DNA of 64,000 bases, taken from Planctomycetota bacterium. Lineage in GTDB: Bacteria > Planctomycetota > UBA11346. Every line of letters starts with the position of its first letter. Position 1 is the stretch's first letter. Shown here piece by piece: positions 36,963-46,450 of this stretch. The DNA lies in contig JANQLF010000116.1 of NCBI GenBank assembly GCA_028280785.1, forward strand, positions 6,581 through 70,580. Direction: 5' to 3'. The position numbers and the translations under genes were made by a program. The notes beneath the pieces were generated by a model, which saw only the letters and a program-made list of their open reading frames with translations, was not told the origin of the DNA and searched no databases.

Positions 36963-37076
36963 GCGAACGCCGAAGAACGGTCTGAGCTAATTGCGAAGAA
37001 ATTAATGAAGCGTAGCGGAGTTAATTAGTGATGACAAAGAGAGCGAGGGGGCATGGGGGAGTATCCCCCAAAACAA
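36963..37076 (+). repeat. Intergenic structured repeat, family A, copy 1
   Basis: Colinear with 38108-38221: gcgaacgccga...gagctaattgcga...aattaatgaagcgtagcggagttaatt...gacaaag...gggggagtatccccc. Confidence 0.85.
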
Positions 37077-37080
37077 GGAA

Positions 37081-38052
37081 TCAACGCCAGCGCGGCCCTT
37101 TTTTCTTTTTACTCGAATTGCGCACATTACCGCCGCTAGTTTTTTTGCTCTGCTTTTTTAAACCAGCAAGCACACGTAAATCATTGAGGTCTGGATTGAC
37201 ATCGAAAATTTTACGATCGCCACTAATGAGAATAGTCGCTGGCGTGCTTTCGACGCCCCAGGCTTCTTTCCAACGTTCGGAGTCACCTTTGGGAGCAGGA
37301 TTTGCCCACATTAAATCCCAATTGGTACCTTCGGCTATTTCATTCCAGGCACTCAGTGCAGAAATATATTTATGGTCGAAGCTGACGCAGACGATTTTAA
37401 AATCTTTTTGAAATTCTTCGCGTTTGAACTCTTTGCACACTTCCTTGAACTGATAAAGTTTCCAGTCATCGTTGAGCTCGGTAAAACAATAGAGTAAGTA
37501 TTTTTCTTTACTCTCAGCGACCGGATTTTTCGAATCCCCTGACAAATTATTGCCTTCCATTTGTGGTGCATCTTCGCCACGTTTTTCGTAAAGCGATACC
37601 AGCGCGGCGTAATTTTCGAATTGGGGAATGCGAATAGTTAATTGGTCGACTAATGCACGTGCTTTACCAGTTTCACCTTTCAGTAGGTGATAGCGAATAC
37701 GCACGATGTCGAGGCTGCCTTTATGTGCACTGTAAGCACTGCTGGCAAGTCCATCCATATATTGTTTCGCGTCATCAATATCATAGGTGACGTGCCAATC
37801 AGCGAGCAAATACAGCAAGCGATTATTAGCTTTGGTGCCACGAATTTTTCGTTCTAAACGTTCTAATTCAGCACCGAGACCCAGTTCTGCTTTCATGCGC
37901 TTCTCAGCTGGCAGCATGCGATAGGCTTCGATCTTCGCTTCCATCGCTAGTAGCTGTGCTTCTGCATCATATTGCTGTTGTTGGGATAAACCCGCAGCAC
38001 TCAGCACTGTACATAGACACCAACAAAGACTCACGCGTAACATGAATGACAT
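37081..38052 (-). CDS. Secreted protein with helical N-domain and C-terminal TlpA/thioredoxin-like fold lacking CxxC
   Basis: Signal peptide. G..AP.MEG.NL.G, KYLLYCF, IVCVSFD, WGVESTPATILI (cis-Pro strand). Confidence 0.6.
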   Translation of the reverse strand: MSFMLRVSLCWCLCTVLSAAGLSQQQQYDAEAQLLAMEAKIEAYRMLPAEKRMKAELGLGAELERLERKIRGTKANNRLLYLLADWHVTYDIDDAKQYMDGLASSAYSAHKGSLDIVRIRYHLLKGETGKARALVDQLTIRIPQFENYAALVSLYEKRGEDAPQMEGNNLSGDSKNPVAESKEKYLLYCFTELNDDWKLYQFKEVCKEFKREEFQKDFKIVCVSFDHKYISALSAWNEIAEGTNWDLMWANPAPKGDSERWKEAWGVESTPATILISGDRKIFDVNPDLNDLRVLAGLKKQSKKTSGGNVRNSSKKKKGPRWR

Positions 38053-38107
38053 GTTGCGTAATTCTTGGAATTGGAAAGGCATATTTGGAGTTGATTCTGT
38101 TTAGATT

Positions 38108-38221
38108 GCGAACGCCGATGAGCGGTCCGAGCTAATTGCGAGGGAATTTATGTAGTGTAACGGAATAAATTAGTGAAGACAAAGTGAGCGGGGGGCCTGG
38201 GGGCATTAGCCCCCAAAACAA
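38108..38221 (+). repeat. Intergenic structured repeat, family A, copy 2
   Basis: Same length as copy 1 (114 nt), with compensatory changes in both hairpins. Confidence 0.85.
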
Positions 38222-38479
38222 CTAGTCATCTAGCTCAAATTTGATAACTTCGACAGGGCAGCCTTCAGCTGCTTCTTCGATTTGATCAGCAAGATCATCG
38301 CCTTCATCGGCTTTGAGCGGGTTCTTCTCATCGCGGTTTTCGCTTGTTTCGCCGTCCTGACGGACTTCACCAAGGATGACGCAGGAATCTTCAGTCACCT
38401 TAAACACTTCTGGGCAGGTGGTTTCACAGGCATTGCAGACAATGCAGCCTTCCTCGATCCAAACAGCAGTAACAGCCAT
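38222..38479 (-). CDS. Monocluster [4Fe-4S] ferredoxin
   Basis: CIVCNACETTCPEVF ... AAEGCPVEVI. Acidic. Confidence 0.88.
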   Translation of the reverse strand: MAVTAVWIEEGCIVCNACETTCPEVFKVTEDSCVILGEVRQDGETSENRDEKNPLKADEGDDLADQIEEAAEGCPVEVIKFELDD

Positions 38480-38633
38480 AACCTATGATCCTTCTTGTTC
38501 AGGCGTGCCTGTTGTAAGGGGCCAATGGATTTGACAAGTAGTTATGGGGTTTGGGCTGCATCAACGAGATGTATAGGCATTTCATCGCCAATAGGCGATT
38601 GCCCGGTCATAATATGCTCAAAGATGCGCATAG

Positions 38634-39584
38634 ATGCGGCGTTTCTTCACTTTTATATTTACCAAGGCCCTTGCTTCCTTGCGTTATGAAACTGCAGAAC
38701 GGCTTGGGGCAGCACTTGGCCTATTGGCCTACAATCTTGGTGTTCGTCGTAAGGTAGTTGCTGATCAGATGCGTCTGTGTCTGCCACATCTATCAGTGAG
38801 CGAACGACGTCGCGCAGCAAAGCGCTGCTATGCCAGTATCGGCGCCAATGTCTTCGGCATTTTTGCAACCACAGATGACGAAGAGCCGTTTGGTTCTGGT
38901 TGGGAGCAGATGAGTCCAAGTTGGTGTCGTCTGATGGGTGAAAAATATCCCGGTGCCATTTACCTCACTTTGCATTTGGGTGCATGGGAAGCTAACGCCT
39001 GGATTACCATGAGGCATTTACCGCCAAAACGCATGATTTGTTATGCAACTGCTCAGCGGGAAGCGTCTCTAGATAAAGAATTGAATGAACGACGCGCCCA
39101 TTGTGGTGGTGAAATGGTTTTTGTTCGCGATGAAGATCGGCGCAGTGCCTTGCACACGATACGGTCTTTACGTAATGGTGAGCGTTCGGTGTATTTATTA
39201 GCTGACCAAGGACCACGTAAACAACACGGTGAGCCCGCGTGGTTTTTAGGCCAGGCAACATATTGTCACCATGGTGCTGTGGTTTTTGCCCAACGAACAG
39301 CGGTGCCGATTATTCCTTGTGTGAGTATTCGTATTGCATCAGGAAGATTTAAATATTTTTGTGGCCGTCCATTTGATTGCACCGACCTTGATGAATCACT
39401 GGCATTACAAGTTTGTATGGATCAATTATCAGCATTAATAGCAGCATTTCCCGGACAATATTTCTGGCATCATCGACGTTTTAAACATTATGCTGAATTA
39501 ACAGCACGCGAAGCAGAGGCATGGCGTCAACACGGTTTGCAGATACTAACGCAGCCAGAATTGGGAGTCACTGATGTACATTGA
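38634..39584 (+). CDS. Lipid A biosynthesis (LpxL/HtrB-like) acyltransferase
   Basis: HLGAWE (Hx4E), LADQ, FLG, PGQYFW.HRRFK. Confidence 0.8.
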   Translation: MRRFFTFIFTKALASLRYETAERLGAALGLLAYNLGVRRKVVADQMRLCLPHLSVSERRRAAKRCYASIGANVFGIFATTDDEEPFGSGWEQMSPSWCRLMGEKYPGAIYLTLHLGAWEANAWITMRHLPPKRMICYATAQREASLDKELNERRAHCGGEMVFVRDEDRRSALHTIRSLRNGERSVYLLADQGPRKQHGEPAWFLGQATYCHHGAVVFAQRTAVPIIPCVSIRIASGRFKYFCGRPFDCTDLDESLALQVCMDQLSALIAAFPGQYFWHHRRFKHYAELTAREAEAWRQHGLQILTQPELGVTDVH

Positions 39585-39921
39585 TATTTTACCCAATGAT
39601 AATTTAGAAGAAGCCGTCATGGCGACGTTTAGCGAAAAAGGCGATAAAAAGCCGATCCAACGTATTCGCCTGTGGCGCCAACAAGAGTGGCAATGGTGCG
39701 CTATTACTGGCTGGCAAGATGAAGAAGCTTGTCAGGCTCATATTATTTTAATCGAAGAAAGTGGTGACGGCGAAGCCATGTTAGTAACTGGTGGCAATCA
39801 AGGCTTACGCATTGCGCGTATTAAAGATGCCGATGCTGAAATGCCCGAGTGGGATCTCGATGATGACGAGCAGTGGGCTGAAGGGTTTTTAATTTGTACA
39901 ATGGATATTGAGGTAGATTAA
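39574..39921 (+). CDS. Hypothetical acidic protein
   Basis: ORF overlaps both neighbours as in an operon. Trp-rich, IEESGDG motif. Confidence 0.6.
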   Translation: MYIDILPNDNLEEAVMATFSEKGDKKPIQRIRLWRQQEWQWCAITGWQDEEACQAHIILIEESGDGEAMLVTGGNQGLRIARIKDADAEMPEWDLDDDEQWAEGFLICTMDIEVD

Positions 39922-40580
39922 TGAGTGAGGCAAAGAAAATACAAACGTATCCTGACGGTGCGGATCGCTTACCAGCTGGTCAACACGAAACGACAAAATG
40001 GCCAGTGCTGACTTATGGACCAACACCCATTGTCGAAAAAGAAGATTGGCAACTACGCATGTGGGGTGCCTGCGAAAATGAAATTACTTTAAATTGGGAC
40101 GATCTTAAGCAGTTTCCGTATACGACCTTAATTGTTGATTATCATTGCGTGACTACCTGGTCGGCCATGGACATGCGTTTCGGTGGTTATTTATTGCGAG
40201 ATATTTTTGCACTGGCCAAACCAAGTGCTGACTGCACCCACGTGATGCAACATGCCTACGGTGATTACACCACGAATAATCCATACGATGTATTATTAGA
40301 TGACGATGTGATGCTGGTCACGGATTGGAATGATCAGCCACTGCCGCGCGAACATGGTGGACCGGTGCGCGTGCATGTACCGAAGCGTTGGGCCTGGAAA
40401 GGTGCGAAGTGGGTCAATGGATTCGAATTTTTAACCCATGATGTGCGCGGGTTTTGGGAATTAAATGGCTACCACACTCACGGCGATCCCTGGGGTGCTG
40501 GTGGCGAGCGCTATTCAAGCCAAGAACAAGCCTGGGAAAAACGCAAAGAGGGTAACCGACTACGCAAAGAACAATCCTAA
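39921..40580 (+). CDS. Sulfite-oxidase-like molybdopterin-binding oxidoreductase (YuiH-like)
   Basis: RLPAGQH.T.KWPVL, DYHCVTTWS (Mo-ligand Cys), HGGPVR..VP..WAWKGAKW, GFWE.NGYH..GDPW. Confidence 0.88.
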   Translation: MSEAKKIQTYPDGADRLPAGQHETTKWPVLTYGPTPIVEKEDWQLRMWGACENEITLNWDDLKQFPYTTLIVDYHCVTTWSAMDMRFGGYLLRDIFALAKPSADCTHVMQHAYGDYTTNNPYDVLLDDDVMLVTDWNDQPLPREHGGPVRVHVPKRWAWKGAKWVNGFEFLTHDVRGFWELNGYHTHGDPWGAGGERYSSQEQAWEKRKEGNRLRKEQS

Positions 40581-40750
40581 GCGTATCGTCGTAAACCCTG
40601 TAAACAGCAACGAAAAACAGCCGCAGTGTCTGTATTTCACAGTGTTTAGGTCGTCAATGCGTTAGACAGAGTATAGTGAAATATGCTATTTGCTTATTGC
40701 CCCGAATGCTGCTGAGCACTAGAATAGGGCATCAGGTGGAGGTCGTTTTC

Positions 40751-41101
40751 GTGGCAATCAAATTCTCTTCAGACAAAAATCCCGGTACCTCGAGTTACAA
40801 GAAAAAACAAGCTCCCGATTTGCAGGCGCAGGTTTACGAACTGCAAAGTCGCCTTGATCGCATGGCTTTAACCATGACCGCGATGTGGGAAGTGCTCACT
40901 AAAGAGACGGAAATAACTGAAGAGCAATTAATGGAAAAAATTAATGACCTCGATATCGATGATGGGGTCATGGATGGAAAAATTGACCCAGAACAACGCG
41001 TCTGCAAGCAATGCGGAAAGCCAATTAAACGTCGGCAACTGCGCTGTGGTTATTGTGAAACGTTTTCCCCGATCGAACGTCCTTTTGATGCTCTTTGGTG
41101 A
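40751..41101 (+). CDS. Hypothetical protein with coiled coil and C-terminal zinc ribbon
   Basis: GTG start with GGAGG RBS. AMWE.L, D..DG..DGK, CKQC...CGYC. Confidence 0.65.
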   Translation: MAIKFSSDKNPGTSSYKKKQAPDLQAQVYELQSRLDRMALTMTAMWEVLTKETEITEEQLMEKINDLDIDDGVMDGKIDPEQRVCKQCGKPIKRRQLRCGYCETFSPIERPFDALW

Positions 41102-41203
41102 ATTGGGCAAATGCGTAGCATTTAAAAGAGCACGGGCGTGCTTTTCTATACCCTTGTGGTGCTTTGGCCCAAGAATAGGCAACTTTATGTTGCCGTGGAA
41201 ATT

Positions 41204-41329
41204 CTAGGGGCTCTGCCCCTAGGACCCCCGCTTCGCTTTGCACGGTCTAGCCGCATCAAGATCCAAACTAATTTATTCCGCTTCGCTATATTAATTCCTT
41301 CGCATGTAGCTCAGATCGTTTGTCGGCGC
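41204..41329 (-). repeat. Intergenic structured repeat, family A, copy 3 (with internal insertion)
   Basis: Reverse complement: cgccgacaaacgatctgagctacatgcgaaggaattaatatagcgaagcggaataaattag...caaagcgaagcgggggtcctaggggcagagcccctag. Confidence 0.8.
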
Positions 41330-41445
41330 GAGCATTTATAAAAGTAAGCTCTTGTTAAAAAGAAGATATTAGAACTTTCCGATTCATCATACATTCTGCT
41401 TAGCTGAAATTGACATAGTAGTATTGGGTCTAGGCTTCTGAGTTC

Positions 41446-42432
41446 ATGGCAGACAACAGCTATCAAGATGTCGTTAGTAAAATGCAGGCGGCAGAACGCA
41501 TTTGTATTACGACGCATATCAATCCAGATGGTGACGGTATCGGTGCAGGTCTGGCCTTGCTCTTGGCTTTGCGTGCTGGTGGTAAGCAGGTGCGTTTTAT
41601 CTGCCCGAGTCCAATGGCGAAAATTTATGAATTCCTTCCCTGCTTTGATGAAATTGTGGTTTGTGATAAACCAGAAGCTGTGAAAGAACTTGGGAATGTC
41701 GGTACCTTGATCTCTTGCGATTGTGGTGATCGCGCACGACTCGGTGTCGTCGCTGAAGCTGAACGCGATTGCTTAATCAATTTGGATCACCATGCGAGTA
41801 ATGATCGTTTTGGTGATATTAATTTGGTTGATGTGCAAGCTGAAAGCACTGGCGTTGTTGTCGAAGGTGTACTTCGCGCTTTGGGTTTTGGATTAAATAA
41901 ACCAATCGCTACCTGTCTGTATACGACCATCGTTTTTGATACCGGTCGTTTCATGCACAGTAACACCACGGCACATACCTTTCGTTGGACGGCGAATTTA
42001 TTAGATACCGGAATCGATGCTGCGTTAATTAATCGCAAATTAACCTATACGCGAACCAAGCATGATTTAGATGTACAGCGCTTAGCACTGGATTTTCTAC
42101 TTATTGACGAGGAAGATCAGCGCATTGCTGGCATTGCTTTAAATAAAGCTGACATTGAACAAGTTGGGCGTCCGGAAGATTGGGGTGAGCTCGTCGAAAT
42201 ACCACGCAGTTTAGTTGGTAATGAAATTGCATTTTTACTGCGTGAAAATGCAGACGGGGCTTCGGTCCGATGCAGTCTGCGTTCAAATCCACCTTACGCT
42301 GTTGGCCCAGTGGCTGAACATTTTGGTGGTGGTGGACATCTGCAAGCAGCGGGATGTACCATCGAGGGTTCGATTGACGATGTGCTGAAAGTATTAGTCC
42401 CGCAGTTGCGGCAGCAAATGAACATATCGTAA
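41446..42432 (+). CDS. nrnA: DHH/DHHA1 family bifunctional oligoribonuclease / PAP phosphatase
   Basis: THINPDGD.IG, D.G, LDHH, DTG.F, SLRS, GGGGHLQAAG. Confidence 0.88.
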   Translation: MADNSYQDVVSKMQAAERICITTHINPDGDGIGAGLALLLALRAGGKQVRFICPSPMAKIYEFLPCFDEIVVCDKPEAVKELGNVGTLISCDCGDRARLGVVAEAERDCLINLDHHASNDRFGDINLVDVQAESTGVVVEGVLRALGFGLNKPIATCLYTTIVFDTGRFMHSNTTAHTFRWTANLLDTGIDAALINRKLTYTRTKHDLDVQRLALDFLLIDEEDQRIAGIALNKADIEQVGRPEDWGELVEIPRSLVGNEIAFLLRENADGASVRCSLRSNPPYAVGPVAEHFGGGGHLQAAGCTIEGSIDDVLKVLVPQLRQQMNIS

Positions 42433-42489
42433 TTTATTTCTCGAATTACAGACTGGTGGAAACACCGGTTAAATTACTATTGAGCAAAG

Positions 42490-44274
42490 ATGGCTGAATC
42501 GCAGGTAAAACGTCTGACTCTGGATTTATTGAAGCGTCATCGCGGACGCTTAATCGTCCTTCTGGTACTCACGATCATAGCATTCATGAGTATGTCAGTC
42601 AGTTATTGGTTTTTTGGCGAGGCTATTTCCGATATTAAACAACATCTCGATGTGCCTAAAGACGAATTTATGGATGTCGTCGTTTTTTGGGCAGTGCTTA
42701 TTATGTGTTTTTCAATTGGTCGTGGTGTGTTTTTATTCATTACGGCGTTTTTACGCATTACCGCTATTCAAACCATTTTGCACTATTTACGCGAAACCTT
42801 ATTTGATCGTGTCCAAGAGATGGAATTGGACTGGCATCATAAGCATGGCGCAGGCGAATTGGTGACCCGGACCACCCGTGATTGTGATATGGTACGCAAT
42901 GCAACGGATTCTGGTTTTCAGTTAGTGGAAATTGGAACCATGCTGTGTGGATCATTAATATTGTTATATACCTATCACTGGCAGCTATTTATTATCCCAT
43001 TTATTTTAGTTGTCATCGCTATGTTTCTGTATTATCGCCAAGCCAAGGTGATGGTCCATCTGAATAGGGCCACTGACGATGCCTATGATCACGTGACGCA
43101 AGATTTAACTGAGGGCATCGCGGGTGTTCGCGTGGTTAAAGCATTTGGCTTAGAAGCCCAACGCTCAGAGCGTTTTAGCGGACACGTGAATGAATTTATC
43201 ATGCATGGTTTGCGCGCGGTTAAATATGCAGTGACGCGTATTCCGTTACCGCAATTAATGGTGGCAATGGCCCATCCATGGCTCTTGGTTTGGGGAATTC
43301 TATTAATCGAAGCAGGCGTTCGTTGTCATGCGACCGGTGATATTTTTGATGTCGGTCACTTGTTGGCCTGCTTGATGGCAGTGACTACGTTGATTTTTCG
43401 TTTAGACGGCATGGGTTCGGCGATGCGTATGATTGCCGAAGCAATTGCCTCGATGCAGCGCTTGTCCGAAGTCATTTATTCAGAGCCAAAATTAAATAGC
43501 GGTGATCAATTAATTGCTGAAGGTGCGATACATATCGACGTTAACGATATCCAAGTACAGGATGATAAGGGGCATTGGATACTGCGCGGTTGTACCTTTG
43601 ATATCAAACCAGGAGAAATCGTTGCTTTAATTGGTTCGACTGGATCGGGAAAAAGCACGCTGTGTTCATTAATACCGCGCTTGAAAGATGCCTACGCTGG
43701 GTCGGTTACCTTTCGCGATGAACAAGGCGGTGAGACTGAAGTACGGAATTGTGATTTATCGAAATTACGTCGCCGCGTTCAGGTCGTGCCACAGGAAAGT
43801 TTTTTGTTTTCTGACACGATCGCTGGCAACATGCGTATGGGTAAGCAGGACGCCAGCGATGATGAAATCTGGCAGGCCTTAATTGATGCAGGCATAGATG
43901 AGTTCGTCCGTGGTCTTGACGATCAATTAGATACGCAGGTTGGTGAACGCGGTATGAATTTAAGTGGTGGTCAAAAGCAGCGCTTATGCTTGGCCCGTGC
44001 TTTGGTTAGTAAACCCGACGTGTTAATTTTGGATGATAGCACCAGTGCCTTGGACGCGATCACCGAAGAACATATTTTTAAATTGATGCGTGAACAAAAA
44101 AGCGGCTCATCGGTTTTGTTAGTAACGACCCGTTTATCGAGTGTTTTATTAGCCGATCGTGTTTTGTTGTTAGGTGATGGTCAAATAATTGCCAACGATA
44201 CGCATCAACATTTAGCTGAGCACAATGATCGTTATCGCGGATTGCTCTGTCTCGACCAGGAGGGCTCGGTATGA
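42490..44274 (+). CDS. ABC exporter half-transporter (degenerate-site subunit)
   Basis: TMD plus NBD: GSTGSGKS, LSGGQKQR, Walker B LILDDSTSALD (E to D), H-switch replaced (VTTR). Confidence 0.9.
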   Translation: MAESQVKRLTLDLLKRHRGRLIVLLVLTIIAFMSMSVSYWFFGEAISDIKQHLDVPKDEFMDVVVFWAVLIMCFSIGRGVFLFITAFLRITAIQTILHYLRETLFDRVQEMELDWHHKHGAGELVTRTTRDCDMVRNATDSGFQLVEIGTMLCGSLILLYTYHWQLFIIPFILVVIAMFLYYRQAKVMVHLNRATDDAYDHVTQDLTEGIAGVRVVKAFGLEAQRSERFSGHVNEFIMHGLRAVKYAVTRIPLPQLMVAMAHPWLLVWGILLIEAGVRCHATGDIFDVGHLLACLMAVTTLIFRLDGMGSAMRMIAEAIASMQRLSEVIYSEPKLNSGDQLIAEGAIHIDVNDIQVQDDKGHWILRGCTFDIKPGEIVALIGSTGSGKSTLCSLIPRLKDAYAGSVTFRDEQGGETEVRNCDLSKLRRRVQVVPQESFLFSDTIAGNMRMGKQDASDDEIWQALIDAGIDEFVRGLDDQLDTQVGERGMNLSGGQKQRLCLARALVSKPDVLILDDSTSALDAITEEHIFKLMREQKSGSSVLLVTTRLSSVLLADRVLLLGDGQIIANDTHQHLAEHNDRYRGLLCLDQEGSV

Positions 44275-46073
44275 GCGATCTTGATGTCGAAGAAGATTTA
44301 GCCAAGAAGTCATTGGACCGGGCAACGCTATTACGCCTGTGGGGATTAATGAAATCAGTGCGCTGGTTATTGATCAGCGTCATGGTGGTATCGACTTTTT
44401 TAATTCTTTGCGTTTTTGCTCGTCCCTATTTTATCGAATGGGCGATTGACTATGGCATCATAACGAGTGAAGACGACGCGATCAGTACTGATTTAGATTG
44501 GTTGTTGTTAATGGCTGCTGGTTTAGTTGGCATTTGGGTTGGTCGCTTCGGTGCATTTATTGCCAGTCGATATTTAGCCGGTGTCATGGCCTTTAAAATT
44601 TTGAACGATGTGCGTCGTCAGTTATTTGATCATGTGCACTCCTTAAGTATGCGCTTTTTTGATAAGACCAAAGTGGGCCGCATCGTTAGCCGTGCGGATA
44701 GCGATGTGAATCATATGGAAATGGCGGTTATCGAGGGACCGGTATTAATCTACACGACCTTAGTGCGCTTTATTTTGGCTAGTACGGTCTTGTATATCTA
44801 TAGCCCGCGGGTTTTATTTGCCTTGGCTCCGATTGTTCCCGTTTTGGCAGGTTCGATGTTCTTATTTCATAAAATCGGCACAGCGCTGTATGCAAAAATT
44901 ACTGAAGCACGCAGTCGTGTCACCGCGCATTTGGTCGAAACCATTGGTGGTATTCGTATTTTACAGCAATTGGCTCAAGAGAAGCATAATCGTGGTGAAT
45001 ACGAAGAGAAATTAAATTATCTAGACCTGCGCGTCTGGCGTGGCGCCTTGGGCTGGTCATGGTTCTTCCCATTCATTTTAATTCTGTTTATGGGCGGTTT
45101 ATGCATTGTGATCTGGCAGGGTGGCACGGCACTACGTGAAGGTGAATTAACCATTGGCGAGTTTACGACTTGTACTTTTTACGTGTTTTTATTCTTAGGC
45201 CCATTAGCTGATTTAGGCATGTTGTATGAGCATTTGGCGCGCGGTATTGCTTCGGCACAACGCATCTTTTTATTGCTCGACACCGAAGCAGAGATTGTCG
45301 ATGATGGAGAGGCCTATGACCTGAAGGAAGTCAAAGGCGAATTGGAATTTAAAGATGTGCGTTTTGCTTACAACGAAGGCGAATGGGTCTTGCATGGTGT
45401 GAATTTACAAGTGCCTGCCGGACAAAACCTAGCCATCGTTGGCCCAACCGGTCATGGCAAGTCAACCATGGTGCAATTACTCGCGCGCTTTTACGACATT
45501 CAAGAAGGCACGATCAGCATCGATGGTCATGACATCAGCAAGGTAACCCAGGCAAGCTTACATAAAAATGTCGGCGTAGTTTTACAGGATAATATTTTAT
45601 TCACCGGATCTATCTTAGATAATTTACGTCTAGCGAAACAAGATGCGACTGACGAAGAATTAATCAAAGCCTGCAAAGATCTCAAGGCTGACGAAGTGAT
45701 TGAGCGCTTGCCGAATAAATATGAAACCCAAGTCGGTGCACGTGGTGACCAGCTTAGTCACGGTCAACGTCAATTGGTCTGCTTAGTACGCGCTTACCTC
45801 GCTGATCCAGCAGTCTTGGTTTTAGATGAAGCGACTTCCTCGATTGATGTCTACACCGAACAACAGGTACAAAAAGCCTTATGGCGTTTATGCGAAGGCC
45901 GTACCGCGATTATTATTGCCCATCGTTTAGCAACCATCCGCGATGCTGACAGCATTATTGTGATAAACGAAGGTAACATTGTCGAACAAGGTAAACATCA
46001 AGAACTCGTCGATAGTGGTGGTAAATATGCCGAACTTTACGAAAGCTACAAAAAAGGTGGCATCGTCGAATAG
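44271..46073 (+). CDS. ABC exporter half-transporter (consensus catalytic subunit)
   Basis: TMD plus NBD: GPTGHGKS, LSHGQRQ, VLDEATSSID, IAHRL. ATGA overlap with its partner. Confidence 0.9.
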   Translation: MSDLDVEEDLAKKSLDRATLLRLWGLMKSVRWLLISVMVVSTFLILCVFARPYFIEWAIDYGIITSEDDAISTDLDWLLLMAAGLVGIWVGRFGAFIASRYLAGVMAFKILNDVRRQLFDHVHSLSMRFFDKTKVGRIVSRADSDVNHMEMAVIEGPVLIYTTLVRFILASTVLYIYSPRVLFALAPIVPVLAGSMFLFHKIGTALYAKITEARSRVTAHLVETIGGIRILQQLAQEKHNRGEYEEKLNYLDLRVWRGALGWSWFFPFILILFMGGLCIVIWQGGTALREGELTIGEFTTCTFYVFLFLGPLADLGMLYEHLARGIASAQRIFLLLDTEAEIVDDGEAYDLKEVKGELEFKDVRFAYNEGEWVLHGVNLQVPAGQNLAIVGPTGHGKSTMVQLLARFYDIQEGTISIDGHDISKVTQASLHKNVGVVLQDNILFTGSILDNLRLAKQDATDEELIKACKDLKADEVIERLPNKYETQVGARGDQLSHGQRQLVCLVRAYLADPAVLVLDEATSSIDVYTEQQVQKALWRLCEGRTAIIIAHRLATIRDADSIIVINEGNIVEQGKHQELVDSGGKYAELYESYKKGGIVE

Positions 46074-46080
46074 ATCATTT

Positions 46081-46189
46081 TTAGCAAACTAGTATGGGTC
46101 TTGGTCCGTAGCTGCGCAACTCTTGGTTTTAGTTTACGGTCTTGGAAACTAAGACTAAGACCGAAGCCAAGACTGATACTAGTTAGCTA
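46081..46189. repeat. Palindromic intergenic repeat, family B, copy 1
   Basis: tagcaaactagtat...gtcttgg/gtctt arrays...aagactaagacc...atactagttagcta. Similar to 52085-52171. Confidence 0.8.
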
Positions 46190-46295
46190 TTTTCATCTTA
46201 TTCTCCTTCAGTGAAAGTCTCTCTATTTCCTCTGTGATTTCCGTGATAGAATAATTATATTGACAATATTGAGTTTGTTTTAGATTGCGATCATC

Positions 46296-46382
46296 ATGAA
46301 TAACTTGTGTAACATGTCCGTATCAATTATGACTCACAATGTGATCGAAAATCCGATCATAAGACGTAAGCGCATGTGCTAA
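46296..46382 (+). CDS. Putative leader peptide (28 aa, MNNLCNMSVSIMTHNVIENPIIRRKRMC)
   Basis: Short ORF downstream of TTGACA (46260) and immediately upstream of a terminator that precedes the GNAT gene. Confidence 0.4.
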   Translation: MNNLCNMSVSIMTHNVIENPIIRRKRMC

Positions 46383-46406
46383 TTTAATGTATTAACCAAT
46401 CACTGT

Positions 46407-46437
46407 AAGCCGCTTGCCTATCGCAAGCGGCTTTTTT
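46407..46437 (+). terminator. Rho-independent terminator in the GNAT 5' leader (attenuator)
   Basis: aagccgcttgc-ctatc-gcaagcggctt-tttt, a perfect 11-bp stem ending 3 nt before the GGAG RBS of the GNAT gene. Confidence 0.75.
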
Positions 46438-46450
46438 AATGGAGTTTATC

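Noticed and set aside
36963-38221. Family A repeats as tRNA, IS ends or CRISPR repeats
   Set aside because: No cloverleaf, T-loop or CCA, no terminal inverted repeats, target duplication or transposase, and the copies are dispersed rather than arrayed.
46201-46250. ctctgtgat-ttccgtgat 9-mer-like repeat
   Set aside because: Only two degenerate units and no second copy in the window, so too weak to call.
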